NCBI RefSeq assembly: GCF_018977255.1
Contig: NW_024704742.1
Location: 42,348,001-42,412,000 of the forward strand
Length of the DNA: 64,000 nucleotides
Reading direction: 5' to 3'
Origin: Callorhinchus milii
Lineage: Eukaryota
Under the pieces are notes generated by a model, which worked only from the letters and a program-made list of their open reading frames with translations, did no database searches and was not told the origin of the DNA. The position numbers were made by a program, and so were the translations under genes. Positions 38,460-52,998 of the stretch are shown here, piece after piece; position 1 is the first letter of the stretch, and each line of letters starts with the position of its first letter.

Positions 38460-38870
38460 TGTCAGCCTGGCTCATTTGGTAACACTCTCGCCTCTGAGTC
38501 AGAAGGTTGTTGGTTCAAGTCCAACGTTGAGACCTTGAAGTAAGTCTAAGTTTAAGCTTACACTCCATTGCAGTGCCGGGGGTGTGCTGCATTGTCTGAG
38601 GTGCCTTTCTTTGGATGAGAAGTTAAACCAAGCCCTCACTATTCGAAAAGTGAAGGGAGTTTCTCCCAGTGTCCTGACAATCCCCCTAAATAAAATTGTT
38701 CATTCACTTTTCTGGTTGTTTGTGGGTCATTGCTCCGTGTAGAATTGGCTACCCCATTCGCCCGCAAAAGCACATTTACTCCACTTTACTGTATATTCTG
38801 TGAAGCACTTTGGGATGTTCTCTTGACATGAAAGGTTCTATACCAAATGAAACAGTTATTAATATTATTA
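38460..38870 (+). mobile_element. Family B (DeuSINE-like) SINE, near full length
   Basis: Head TGTCAGCCTGGCTCATTTGGTAACACTCTCGCCTCTGAGTCAGAAGGTTGTTGGTTCAAGTCC, core, tail. Confidence 0.82.
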
Positions 38871-40469
38871 AATAAAGCTCAACTCAACACGTTCTGAATG
38901 TCTCATTTCCTGGCATCCCTCCTTACATTAGTGTGTGTGCAAATTGCATTTGTAATTTAATCACAAGTGCATAGCATATGTAAAGTTGAAGAGAAAAGCT
39001 GTACCATTTTTCTCTTTCAACTGTTCAATTCAATAATGGAACACGTCCCAAAATATGTCATGCCCACAAATCTTACAATTCTCAGTGGAAAAACTCCTTG
39101 GTTTACCCATTAACCAAATGTAATCTGACTTTAAATCAGGGTTAATTTCACATGGATCAGTGTGATTGAAACCCTGCACATTTCTTCAGTGTTTGTACAA
39201 GTAAGGGCATCAACCATTAATCATAGATCTGAACAAACAGCAAGGACATAAATCTGCCACTCGTCCACAATAGCCAAATATAGCATTGCATTAAACTCTG
39301 CTGTTGTAAACACATTTTGCTGCAACTGTAACATGGTAACACTTTGACTCTAGAAATGCCTTTGTTGCCCTTAACAGGGGGTCGGAATAGATCTAAACCA
39401 TCTCAGACTTATATTAGATTTATTTATTTTTGTTGTACATTTGCTGGCTCAGGCTATCCTGATGACATGCAGCTCAAAGCTTTTTCGACACTGAGCTGAC
39501 ATTAAAACCCCAAATCTGATGCATCAACAGAATCTCTATCTTCCACCTCCACAACATTTTTTGCTTAGCTGCAACAACAAATTACATTTGTATAGTGACC
39601 TTTCAAGTCACCCAAGTTGAAGAAGTGGATCTTGAGACAGGCCTTGAAGGAGGCAAGCGAGGGGAGAAGGCGAAGGGACTGTCAGATGGAGTTTCAAAGG
39701 GTGGGAACAGAAAGCCACACTTTCAGTCATCTTTCCCCTCCCCACTTCTCTGCTCCCAACCCCAACTCGGGTGCCCATCTAGCACTATTAAACACTTTGA
39801 GACATAAATAGTATTCAATATTTATTTCATAACAGATGCCTATCACATTGAATCTTCTACAGGAAAACGGGAACAAGAGGAGGATATTTATCCCATTGAA
39901 TCTGTTCCACCATTTGTTGTGAAACAACATATTTTTACGCCACTGATCGCTAAAACTAGCAAACTTTGATTACAAGAAAAAATCTGTCACACTTTGGTTT
40001 TCTTTCCCTAACTCTCACATTGCTGGCGAAGCTCAAATCACAATCCAACATTGAGCTCTTGTAATGCTTTGGGCATACTAATTCACAGACAGACTTAATG
40101 CAGTAAACATATTTAATTACCGTCTCTTGCCACTTTTCAATGATATTTAATCTTCAGGAATAGTCTAAGTGAATCTTGGACTTATTTCCTTGGAGACACA
40201 CAGACAAGATTTTTCTTCAGTATCTTATATCAAGTCTGTCCATGATCATTAACAAGATGCTTGATGTGCATTTTCATTACATTTTCCACAAACTGAAATG
40301 TACTGAAAGGAAAATGACTTGTACAAGTCTTTTGGAGAAGATGGTACATTGGAGCTGTGATTCCTCTGGAGTGTACTATAATCCCAGTACATTTTACTAA
40401 TCTATTTTTAATAAATACATGGCATAACAGCATGGGCCAGCAGGGATGAACCATAATGTAACAGATGTT

Positions 40470-40920
40470 GGAGAATTTTCCCCTGTGATCTTGAAAATGC
40501 CAAAGACCTAGAGAATATGCACTGAGCCCAAGGAACAACCTCAAAGCCTTCCTAGAGTCTAATGCTTCAAGAAGTCTGGCTCTGTAGGCTACTATGATGT
40601 TCTTTTGCATAGCAGAGACTCTGCTGGTTGATAACACTGCTGGGAGGCCGATGAACCTGTGAGCTTTGGTGCGTTCATGCACTTTGCTACCAGTGTTTTC
40701 ATGCAGGCATTTGGCCCTAATACAGAATTTTGAGCTCTTACTGTGTTCCATTGTAAACATGCTTGCCAACACATATGCTGCAATAGTTACAATACTTACA
40801 AGCTTCAGAAAGAATTCCTTGAGGCATGTCTGTGATACTTGTGACCCCGTCTCACCCAGTTCAACGCTCTTAATATCTTTGAGGTGTAGAATGTATCAGC
40901 AAGAGATTGTTTTTTCCCCT
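40470..40920 (-). mobile_element. Possible highly decayed RTE-like LINE RT C-terminal remnant
   Basis: ORF 40230..40772 has AVLST and LLEALDSRKALRLFLG, loosely like the VLSTLLY / LEAF..RCLRRILG motifs; weak. Confidence 0.35.
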
Positions 40921-41959
40921 CTACCCATTCCAGGTCTTTCATTGCACTTTGTGTACATTCATGGGGAACTGGACCCAGTTTAGCTGCCGCCCGAGCATTG
41001 GCTCTGAGATGTCACGATCATGGACCAGCAAGCACTGTAGTGCCTGTGAGCTGGCTTCGGGTGCAAACATTCTGTCAAAGTCTGAGTTAGGCGGGGAGCG
41101 GAGGCGTTCACTTGACATTCACTGATGGGGAAGAATCTTACACAATGTAACTCAATGCATCATATAAAAGAGAAGGGAGTTTCTCCCAGTTTCCTGGCTG
41201 ACAATCCCCCAAATAAAATCGGTCATTCACTTTATCACTGTTTCAGGGATATTAATGGGCAAAAATTGTCTGACATGTTTGCCTAGAAATATACAGTCAC
41301 TATACTTCACATTAAAATCCTGGGAAATGCTTTGAAGTCGCTCAACAATGTGATAAGGCTATACCAAATGCAAGTATTGTTATTATTAGAATGTTATAAT
41401 CAATGATAATTATTATATCTGGTTTGGTGTTCTGCAGTTCACACTCAGCAGTGTTCTGAGTTCACAAAATCATTTTAGTCTGTCTTGCTGTGATCTGCAG
41501 TAGCCACCTGCGTGAGTGTGATAAGCAACCATTTGCTTATGCAGTATCTTGTACGTGCAGCGCCCTGGGCCAAGCTTTAAAGTATGATCACCTGAGAATA
41601 TACTGTATTCAACAGCAAACTTCTTCAGTGTAAAATAACTTCCATAAGTTTAGCACTGAAAATCAATACGTGTTCAAAGCTCGTATCTACCTAAGGGAGA
41701 AAAAGCCTGAAACAAGTTTCAGAACATGCTATACATTCTACAAAAATCTTAAACAACTGCAGTCTGTTTGTTCTAAAGAAGAAAAGGTCCTTAGATAGTT
41801 CTGGCAGTAAAATCACTGATATTACACTTCTACAATCTGCTAATAAAATGCATTAAGTATTTATAACAAATATTTTTAGCAATCAATCTTTATGAGAGAT
41901 GTCAATGCAGGGGGACAGAATGTTCTTTCCTAGTCATCCTATTCTGGGCATGAGACATC

Positions 41960-42082
41960 CACATAGAGCACTCAAGACAGCACAGTCAGCCTGGCTCATC
42001 GGCAGGACTTGGAAGGGCAGACCAGTCTCTGAGGGCAGGGAATCCTCCCATTCAGCTCCTGTTAACCTTGCAAGCCACAGCC
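41960..42082 (+). mobile_element. Repeat family C internal fragment, opposite orientation
   Basis: Reverse complement matches ~51470-51570. Confidence 0.6.
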
Positions 42083-42521
42083 ATGACAGGTAGTTTGCTG
42101 GAAGTACAGCAATGGCTCAGATAGAAGCAGAGTCCAGCTCCCTCTGGGGAGTTTAATTTGCAACATTTGTAAACTGGATTTGATGTGTTAATTGAAACTA
42201 CCAATTGGGGACTGTTGGTTTGTGACATCTGTTAGGGTTAGTGAAACCTGAGCAATAAACATCTATCTGTTTACTCACTGAGTTTGTTTCAGACTTCACT
42301 TTGCAAGTACAGTATTTTCCACAATTCTGCGCTATCTTAAATTTTAATATAAAATGTTTTTTACAGACTTAGATTAGTTGATACTTTGGATTTTACACAG
42401 TATTTCATCCACAAAATCCACTTCATAATACATTCTGTGAAGCGATTTGAGATGTCTCAATGACATGATAAGGTGCAAAGGACATAATAAGGATTATTGT
42501 TATGCCTTACAGTGAACTTGT

Positions 42522-42835
42522 GGAGTCCTGTAGCTCAGTGGTTAGAGCACTCGCTTTGCAAGTGAGAGACCTGAGTTCAATTCCAGGCAGGGCGAAAGCT
42601 TGGGCAAGTTTCCTCACTCCACACGCCTAATAATAATCCCTCCAGAACCAAAAACAATAATAAATTGGTCATTTTCAATCTATGACTGTTTGTGGGACAT
42701 TGCTGTGCGCAATTGGCTGCCGCGTTCGCCCACAAATATACAGTCAATTCACTTTACAATGTGTTCTGTGAAGCGCTTTGGGACGTCCTCCTGACGTGAA
42801 AAGCGCTATATCAAATGCAAGGATTATTATTATTA
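42522..42835 (+). mobile_element. tRNA-derived SINE, family A short form
   Basis: Near-identical to the 31815 copy; spurious ORFs 31893 and 42600 translate almost identically. Confidence 0.92.
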
Positions 42836-44189
42836 ACTTCAGAACAACAGCTTCAATACTGCTAGGAATTTGTTCACTTCACACAGCAGTTACTCCTGCA
42901 GCATTCTCTTAAATAGATATAAGCTTTGAACATTCATTGATTTTCTGCACAAGGTTATTAAGAAAGTTGTTTTTACACTGAAGAGGTTTACTGTAGAATA
43001 TTATGTATTCCTGGGTGAGCTTACTTTAAAGGTTGCCCCAGTGGTCTGTGCTTACACAGACTGTTCAGAAGTACAGAAGCAGCCAAGAAGCTGCTCACAA
43101 AACTTATGCAGGTTGGCTAGTGCAAATCGCTGGCTAATTTGAAGTTGAGGGCTAGGGGTTAATTCATACACAGGTTGTACTGAAGAATGCGTCACGTCTC
43201 ACAACTCCCTTAATAATAATAATCCTTGCATTTGATAAAGTGCTTTTCACACTGGGAGGGCATCTCAAAACGCTTCACAGGATTTAATAAGCACCAAAGA
43301 ATAAAGCAGTATTGAATTGGTTTCTAATTTATTCCTGGCTGACATTCTGTTTTCTCCCATTGCAAGATTTATATTTTGCTTGAATCCAGATGAATGCGTA
43401 GTTTATCCGAGTATAATTCCTACCTAGGCATAAAACTGCAGAGTAAACAAATCACTTCTCATTCAGTCCCAGAATATGGAATTACTGATCAAGACTTGAT
43501 GAATAAATACACAACCCTGACGTGACTGTAAACATCTCAAATTATTCAGCTCAAAGCACTCAGTGGTGACATTTCCAGCACGCAAACAGCTTGTTGAATA
43601 AGATTTTTTGTGTACTGAAACTCTAGCCCTTTATGTGAGGCTGTGCTATAGAGGGATTGCTATCTGCATGCTAACCAGTTCTAAGTACCTTCAGCTCACT
43701 TGCTCCAATAGAAATGTACTACCAGAATAATAAAGCTAATCAAACTTCAGAGATAACTCTATGAATGTAATTTTAACCCATCCTCATTCCTAAAAGTAAA
43801 AAATCCTATTTATAATGGGGTGAAAATGGCAACCTGTGATATGTTGACTCATTAATATTAAATGTAATCAGTCGATATTTTAATTTATCACCTCCCCCCT
43901 CCGGCAAGATCACAATTGGATCCAAAGCCACTCATGCTGCCCCTCCTGGACAGCTGGCCCATAGATCATGTCCTGGACCAAAAGAAAAGTTTGGTCTCAA
44001 TTTTTCCACGGAATCCGCAATAAACAGCACCTCCGCTATAAACCCGCTAAACAGTGAAGTTTCTGGCCTCGGGCCTCCCTCGCTGTTTATCCAACTCTAC
44101 TGTGTGCAGCACTGGATGTGCATGCGCGGTGCAGTGTAAGCGGGAAATGGGCTTCACTCCACTGGGAGGCCCCTCTGTTGTGATTATCT

Positions 44190-44460
44190 GGGTGTCTCTC
44201 TCTCTCTATGTGTTTGTGAGTATGTCTGTGTATCTCTGTCTCTATATACGTGTTTGTGTGTCTGTGAGTGTCTGTGCGAGTGTGTCTCTCTCTCCTCTGT
44301 GTGTGTGTCTGTTTGTGTGTCTCTCTGTGAGTGTGCTGGGTCTCTCTCTCCTCTGTATGTATATGTTTGTGAGTGTGTCTGTGTGAGTCTCTTCTATATA
44401 TATTATTTGTATATTACTACATATAGATAGTATATGTATATATTATTTATATATTACTAA
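44190..44460. repeat. Compound (GT)/(CT) degenerate microsatellite followed by AT-rich low-complexity tract
   Basis: Visible dinucleotide runs. Confidence 0.88.
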
Positions 44461-44929
44461 GGATTGCAAAAACAGGTTGGTTGAAGTCTTATTACTAATG
44501 TAGTATTGTGCTGCTAGTTGTTATAGTTATGTGTGTTAGTTATATTTTAACCCATCGTCAGTGTAACGTCTTACATTGTTATATTTCTTACATAGCCTAG
44601 GGTTGCTATGTCTTAATAAAGAGCTGTTGTTTTCTTCCGAATGTATCCTCGAGTCTCTGTAATATTCTAAAACAAGGAGTAAGCACTTAGAGAGTAGCTG
44701 TCGACATCAGAGTTCTGGTAGTACAAGCAGGCTCCGATTAGACATCTCAGTTACCTGGCATTGAAATTATCTGAGAATACCAATCTGAGTGACTAATTAA
44801 TATTAATAATTAATATAAACTAATATTTACAGTAATGGCACTTAGAAGAGTTAACACTGATACTAATGACTTTTCATTATTGTTTACAAATCATCTGAAT
44901 TTGTATTTGCTCATTCCTATTGAACACAA

Positions 44930-45260
44930 TAATAATAATTGTTGCATTTGATACAGCTGTTGAAAAGTCTACAAACAATTCACAGAGTTTATTGCAATGT
45001 GTAGTAACTGTGCATTTGTAGGTGAACGTGGCAATCAATTTGTGCATTGTCCCATAAACAACCATGAAATGAATGATCATTATTTTATCTGGGAGATTTC
45101 TGGCCAAGACACTAAGGGAAATCCCCTTCTCTTTTCAAACAGTCCCATGGGATCTTTAATGATCATCCGAACAGGCAGATAAGATGTCAGTTAATGCCTC
45201 GTTCAAAGTTTGGTACCTCTAATAATGCAACGCGCACCCAGCTCTGCAGTGACAGCCTGG
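44930..45260 (-). mobile_element. Family B SINE, 5'-truncated
   Basis: Core CCATGGGATCTTTAA and tail. Confidence 0.72.
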
Positions 45261-46971
45261 ATTAGGAGTGTGGAAGGATATGGAAGAGCCTGGTTGAAAA
45301 GGTACAGAGTGAGTTCAATATTGGAGAAGTAAAGACTACACATTAGAGAATATTTCCCAGAGGGAGTGGAATGAAATTGCTGTTTCCTACACCCTGATGA
45401 GATGTTAACAAACCAACACTAAATGGGTAAAGTTAAAGTGAATCAGAGAAAAGCAATTCAGTGAGTGAAAGTTTAAGCTGCCCACACAAAGCAGTTAGTT
45501 TTTGATGGATGTAGTTCAGAGTCAGGCTCTGGAGACCACAAGCATTTGTTTTGCTCCTTCAAGTGAAGAATGCAAAAACTGAACATTTTTACAACCAGCG
45601 CTATACCAAATTACCTCATCATAATCACAAGACAGCTCTCATACTTCAATAGACAATTAATCATCAACAAAATACTTCACCAACCAACGCTTGGCTCTCA
45701 AGATAATATTTATTGCCTCATATTCATCTTAGGGCTCGGCATCACTTCATTTCACTATAAAGTGATGAAATAAGAGCTATGACACAAGATTTTAAAAGCC
45801 TTTTTATTTGTGGAGGATCTAAGTCTCATCATGTTTTGTCTCTGGATAAGTCAGTAATAATTCAGCATGAGCTAACAGTTGTGATTACTGCTTAGAACCT
45901 TCAAGTAATCATGAACCATTTGCTTTATGATAGCGTTACCTTCAAACTTAAGTTTATAAAGTGCTTTGCTACTAGATTTCCAGCAATATATTCTCCAAAT
46001 TTAATGGTGTACATTTTTAATTTTATTTAAAGTGCATTTGGAATATTTAGATTTAGTAAACATTGAACTCATTTTAATTTGCTGACTAGAAACTTGAAAC
46101 TTGACAAAAATTATGTAACATCTATCTGAAGAAATCTGCAAGCAGCTCAGTTTCTCTGCTTCCCTCCCAATCACACCTGAAGCTGACACACCCTTTCCAT
46201 TTGGTCAAATGGGTATCCAACAGACACAAAAAACCATCAGCATACTTAAGATTCTCCAAACCAAATTACTGAGTGTTCCAAAAGTGTGTAGAAATTTCCA
46301 TTTGCTTGGCAGTGAGTCCTGATCATTTAATCCAGGAGAGTTTGGACACAGATTGGCAAGAACCAAGGCTCTGACATGCAAGAGTGGGTGTTGGGGTACT
46401 GCTGAGTTTAACCAACTTAATCAGCATGACATTGTGTCAGATTCCTACTGCTAATGCAGCCAGATACTCTTTCCATCAGGGTCACTGTAAAGTGATCGGG
46501 AACTGTAATCCTTACTGATTTTCCTCCCATTCTTACTCAGCCCAGGTAACTAAAGACAATTGTCACAATTCTCTCAGTGTTATTCAGGTGGCATCAGCTA
46601 ACTCAAAACAGATTGGGTTACGGTGAAGGCAGAACATTCTTGACCTATACAGCTCAGTCTCACACTAAGTTGTGCATTGAGCCACAAAGCCACCAGGCCA
46701 TCTAATTGGTTTGAAACACTGCCAACTAAAAAGCAGAATTTAATACAATTTACAATGAGCTGCTGAAGAGGCTGGGGGAAAGGAGGAACATGACTGAAAG
46801 CCTGATTGAAGAGAAACATCTTAAAGCAAACTTTATAGTGGAGAAGGAGGGGGTGATTTGGAAGGATTCCAGGATGATTTTCCTGAGAGAGAAAGCAGAA
46901 TAGCTGAAAGCTTGCCTACCAATGGTGGAGCAGATCGGACTGGAGACATGAAGCAGGCTGGTGCTCATAAA

Positions 46972-47450
46972 TAATAATATTCCTTGCATTTGATATAGTG
47001 CCTTATCACATCATCGAGACGTTTAAAAGCGCTTCACAGGATATATGTAAAATGGATTGACTGTATTTTGTGAGTGAACGCGGCAGCCAATTTGCACAAA
47101 GCAGTGTTCCACAAACAGTTGTGGAATGAGTGACCAATTTTATTTGGGGGATTCCTGGCCTGGAGACCCAGATAAACTTTCTTCTTTTTTCAAATAGTGC
47201 CATAGGATCTTTAACGTCTACTTGAACAGGCAGACAAACCTTCAATTTAACCTCTCATCCGAAGGACGGCAATTCCGACAATGCAACACCCTCCAGCACT
47301 GCGATGGGGTGTCAGTTTAGATCAGCGCGGAAGGAAGAACCGATGACAGATTCTGATATTTAGACTATGTGATTCCAAGACCCGACATGGAGCATGAACC
47401 CACAACCTTCTGACTTAGAGGAGAGTGCTACCTACTGAGCCAGGCTGACA
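46972..47450 (-). mobile_element. Family B (DeuSINE-like) SINE, full length
   Basis: Best-preserved copy: head, core and (TAT)n tail. Confidence 0.85.
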
Positions 47451-50277
47451 CACAGCTACTGGCTGTACTGTACTTTTTCCTGAGTGCACTTCAAGCTACG
47501 GTGCATTTCCAGCCTTGTTTATTCAGTTGACAAATGTTTGACATGATGAACAAAGAAGCAGAGAAAATTTCAATTTACTTTGTCTCAGTACAACCCCTGC
47601 CTCGACTGTCTAGACACAGTAGACTTGGTGTATGCTGAGGTCCTTTATCAATTGTGCTTGGTTCCAGCAGTCTATCAATCTGAAGTACATTTGATATTCA
47701 TGTCTCAGTGATACGTGGAAGCCATAATAATAATAAAGTGTCCAATTATAAGTATACTAGTTATACAATTTGTAACTATGCTTGCAACCAAAGGATCCAA
47801 TATGGAATGTAGATTGACACACAGACAGACACACAGACAGACATTTCATCTTTATCTATACTCATCTGAGAGGACACTAGGTATAACTGTAGTGAAAAAC
47901 ACAAAACTGAAATACATTTTAGGCCATAATTCACAAACAATAAAAGATACTTGAAAACAAATATGCCCATGTCACTTCTACATATAAGACCTTTCCAATC
48001 AGGTATAAATCAATCTCTACGTCAATTGGTTATTGAGATCCTTCTTGAAGCACAGACAGGCAGATAAGTCAGTCAGTCAAATATTGCCATTTTATTAACA
48101 TAGATAGAAGATAGAAGATGATTTGAGAACAGAGGCTTCTTTCTTTATAGTTTTGCAACAAAGAAAAAAACAATTCCCTTCCTTCTCCAAAATGGGATAG
48201 TATTATTCTTGAATCAGCTAACGTAGTAGTTAGATGGTCCATATGGTCTAATTTATGTGAATTTCTTACTTTAGTTTGAACTATTGTGGAGTCAATACAA
48301 AATAAAACAACAGGGGGGCATTTGTCAGGTTTTGTAACTTGTGTCTTTGGATAGGAACATAATTTGAAACAGAAATTTCTTACTATTCAATAATTAACAC
48401 CAACCAGATTAAAGCTCCCACCCAACTCAATCTTCCTTACATCCTCAGTCTTTCTTCCAAATCAGAAATTATTATTGCTTTATTATTTTATACATTTCAG
48501 CTGCTTGACTTACTGAGATTTGCCATGGAGGATGCAGAATTTAAGTCAATCAGAAATGTAATTTAATTCCCACCTTAGCATCTTGCTGCCTCTCTGACTT
48601 GTTTGCACTCCAGTCATTGGAATTAAGAGAAGAGCTTTCTGGTTGCAGGTTAGTTCACTGCTCAACACCAGAATAAAAGACAAACTAAACGTTTTTGAAA
48701 AGGACTATTGTTCAAAGAAAAAGACACCACCAGGGATGAAAAGAGCAGGAAGAAGACAATAAATCATGAGGCAATGGTGAGATGACAACAAGTTTCATTT
48801 TTTTTATAAACAAGGAGAGGAGGTGGAAGCTGAAGATAAAGTTAAAGTATGTTTATTTGTCAGGATCAAGGGTTCCCAAATCGTAGATATGTGGGCGGGC
48901 AATATGCAGCATGGGGGGATTCAAGCACAACCACTGTGATGGAGTCAGCGATAGGGTCAAACCAAGAACCAGTCAATCACCAAGACATCCACAGGGTGGA
49001 ATTCACACAACTGTGATAAGTATCATCAGTATTAATGTACTCCACACCGCAATTTACACCCCACATATTTTACAAAAAGTCAGATACAGATCTGAAGCTT
49101 CTTATGGACAAACACTGCACCACACAAAGCATGCAGGTAGCGTGATAATAATAATAATAATAAAAAAGTTCCTAACCCTTGACTTTCATATAAGGAGGAC
49201 ATCTCAAAGTGCTTCACAGGATATAGCCTCTGCCAGTGTCTCTTTGTGTTGGTTGAGCTGCGTATTTTGGTATATCCTGTGAAATGCTTTGAAACATCTC
49301 GATGATGTGATAGGGTGCTGTATCAAATGCGAAGATTATTATTATTATTCAATGCACATTTGCAGCATTTTAGAGGCAGATGCATTTTCATTAAAAACAC
49401 ATTCATGACATTTCATTAAATATCAAACTGTTCTCCTAAGAAGTGAAACCACTCCATTAAGCGTCAATACTTGAAAACTGCAGATTGTGTTCTTTCCTGT
49501 TGTGCTGAGCAGTGCATTGAAAAACATTGTCCTCTTTCTATGTCTTGATCCTAAATGCACTGAGAATTTATCATGATAACTAAAATCATGATAACTGATG
49601 GAAATTGGATCCATTTTTATTCTGAGGAGGTGAACTGGTTTTTGAATTATATGAATCCAACAACAGCAGAAAAACTGCTTTCCCAGCACATAGATGTACG
49701 TGCAACTGGCGTGATCTTTCAACACCAGCCAGATTACATTATATATGAACGTGAAATAAGCATGCCAGGAGCTGCCAGCCACTACCGAAGGTGATTAGAG
49801 TATATTATGAGAAGCCAAAATTAGTACATGAGCCAAGGCCAGATTCAACAACAAAATGCATTTATATAGCATAGCGCCTCTCACTTCAGGAGGATGTCCC
49901 AAGGCACTGGACTTTCGGGGGTTTGCACCCGAGTAGGGTTATGGGTTCAAGACCCTGATTAGGATTTAAGATCATGTACTCCAGTGCTGTCTCTGAGGAT
50001 TTGCTAAACCGAGAACTGGTGTCTACCTCTTCAGGTGAATGTTAAAATTCTGCGATCCTCTTTGAAAAGAGAAGGGAGTTTCTTGTGTCCAATATTCCTC
50101 TAGAATTATTAACCGTTCACCTCATGGCTGTTTGTGAAATCTAGCTGACACAAATGGCTGCTGTGCTTTTCTATAATAACAGCAACTTACTCAGTTTTGC
50201 TTCGCAGACATTTTTCACACATTGCCAACTTTTGAGATGCACATTTAGCCATTTGGTGAACCTTGTAATATGATATC

Positions 50278-50700
50278 CAGCTGGTTCAATTGGGAGCACT
50301 CTCACATCTAAGTCAGAGTCTATAGGAGTCAGGCCACATGTCAGGACTTTGTGCTCACAGTCTAGGCTGAACACCATTGCAGTGCTGGGGGTATACTGTA
50401 TTATTAGACTTTTGGATGAAAAGTTAAACCATGGTTCTTTCTATTTCTCCAGATGGATGTTAAAGTTCCCATGGCGCATTCTAAGAGAGAAGGGAGTTTC
50501 TCCTGGTGTCCTGGCCAACAATTTCCCAAATAAAATTGGTCATTCACTCCATGGCTGTTTGTGGGCATTACTTTGTGCATACTGGCTGCTGTGTTCACAC
50601 ACAAAAGACACATCCACACCACTTTAAAATATATACAGTACTTCAAAGCACTTTGAGACATCTCAACAACGTGATAAGGATCTATATTAAATCCTTCAAT
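50278..50700 (+). mobile_element. Family B (DeuSINE-like) SINE
   Basis: GGATGTTAAAGTTCCCATGGC...GGTGTCCTGGCCAAC core plus tail. Confidence 0.8.
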
Positions 50701-51123
50701 AATAATTCCAGTTTATCACAACTAAAATGCCAGGAAATAAGCAGTAGGGTGACTGGAGGCTGCCTGACTGATAACTTGATGACAAGGAGCAGATTCAAGT
50801 ATTTAGTCATAGTTAACAATCGGTTCAACTTGAGGAGATTTCCACAGTCGATTGAAAAATAATGGAATGTTCTTAAACCCAAACACAATTGCTTCAACAA
50901 CTATCTCCTGTCCTCTTGAACTCTTCCAAATTCACTTCACTGCTTCACTTGCTGCTTTAAAACCCCACCCAAACACCTATCTCTTCAACTGGGGTTTTGG
51001 TCACCTCCAAACTTCTCCCATTTCTTGTTCACTGCTCCTATATTTGAAGGAATCTAATTGTAGTCTGGTAAACAAATTAGAATAAGAGTGAAGAAGCTTG
51101 CAATTGAATGAATGCCTGGAATC

Positions 51124-51720
51124 TTTTTTTTTGGTCAGCCGGGTGTCTGACACATGTGAAAACCCACCACCATGTTTAAGAGTATCCAAACCAAACAGAT
51201 TTCCATGCATCTCACCTACACATGGAAATCCCAGAGATAGATTGTTGGAATGGAATGCGCACTCTCTCCTTGGAGGGACACATCCTACTTACCTAAGTCT
51301 GGAAATTATGAGGCGCATGTTAGCAAAAGTCAAGGCTTGGGGACCCCAGAGTGTAGGTTGGGGCACTGCTGGAGCCTAACTAGCTAAAACCGCATAACTT
51401 TCCATTGATATTGCTGTCTGGAAAGCTCTCCACCTGCTTGTCCAGCTAGGATCACCCTACCCTTTAGGGCTTTGGCTTGCACGATTAACAGGAGCTGAAT
51501 GGGATGATTCACTGCCGCTGGTGACTGGTGTGCCCTTCCAAGTCCTTCTGATGAGCCAGGCTGGCTGTGCTGTCATCAATAGTGCGGACCCGCCTAGCTC
51601 AGGAACCGAACCTCTGAGACTGCCACAGAGAGCTGGCTTGATTCTGACATTCAGTTGGCAAACAAGTCACCTTGGTGCCAGTTCCCACCTACATCCCCAA
51701 GGAGGATGCTCATCTTCTGA
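51124..51720 (-). mobile_element. Unclassified interspersed repeat family C, longest copy (probable poly(A)-tailed retroposon)
   Basis: Ends GACACCCGGCTGACC(A)n on the minus strand; homologous to 12095, 30319, 36382, 46200, 41960, 3190. Confidence 0.7.
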
Positions 51721-52916
51721 GCTGTAATTCCTAACATTTCTATGGGCTGAAAGTGACCTGTGATGTGTTAAAACATCCATCATATGTGCAGTCTTTATCG
51801 CTGCGATACCCAGGACACTGCCAAAATAATTGGATGTGATGGCATTCACATCACTCCTTATCCCTTGGGACTGCCAGTTAGTTGGAGAGTTCATTCTTAT
51901 TCTGTTGACTTACTGAAATTATTAGAAATCTGTCAGCCCAATGTGCATTGAGCGTGTCTTAGGACTTGACCATAGTGAAACAGAGTGAGGGAACAGGGAA
52001 GTGGTCACAGCCATGGACTTGTCAACATCACTGGTTGTACATCTCAGCAATGTGTTCACATCAGTGTTAATTAGCACATCACAGTCAACAATTTTCACAC
52101 CTATATGATCAAGTCTTAAAAGTTCTGTCAGCTAAGTACTCCTTGCTCTGACTCCAAGCAACTTTGTTACTTCAAGATTGTCAGAGAGTAGGACTGCATA
52201 CATTGGAACATGGGCACTGTGAGCAGTCAAGTTAAAGTTAATTTTGATAATGGACATACAAAAAAAACTGTTCAAAATAGACAAATAGGTAACACTGTCT
52301 AAACTGACAATGAATGGTCACGTATAACTAAAGCATCAATCTCCACCTCAGCAAATGAAATATGTTATAATAAATGGCTGTGATAGTTGGACAAATATTC
52401 CAGCCTTTCCAATATTTCACAACTTAATGTAAACAATGTAAATCATGTTAATTCTTTTGGTTTAAACACTGACAGCTGTTTTGAGTTACGCTTGTAATTA
52501 AAATCTGGAGTATAATAAAGCTCACTGTGAGCTCCATTCTAACTCTGAGTATGCAGTTATATTTTTCTATTTGCAATCCATACCCTCCTCCCCCAAACGT
52601 TATGGCCTTTGAAATATCCTGTCACATCCTATATTCAAACACCTGAAATGAAGCCCCAGGTGACTTGTTACTTTACATGCATTTGTGATGTATTTCCTGC
52701 ATTTATCAAAGTTCTGGTATTGGTGAAGCTCTCTGAACAGCTATTAATGTTTAATAATTACTCGAATCATTTTCTAATCCTTCAGTAAGTATTGCAGAAT
52801 ATGGCTCTTTAGACCACTCTAGTGGATTGAATATCACTGCTTAATTGAATGTGGATTATATTTGTAACCAGCCCCTGTGGAGTCTTTACTGATTCACAAT
52901 GGATGCCACCACAATT

Positions 52917-52998
52917 AATTTACCATATAATCTCAGTGTACAGTGGGCTCCCACAAAATTTACCATATAATCTCAGTGTACAGAAGGCTCCCACAAAA
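52917..52998. repeat. Tandem duplication, 2 x 40 bp
   Basis: AATTTACCATATAATCTCAGTGTACAG(TG/AA)GGCTCCCACAA repeated. Confidence 0.92.

Noticed and set aside
44054..44386. 110-aa Val/Ser/Cys-rich ORF
   Set aside because: Artefact of the GT/CT microsatellite.
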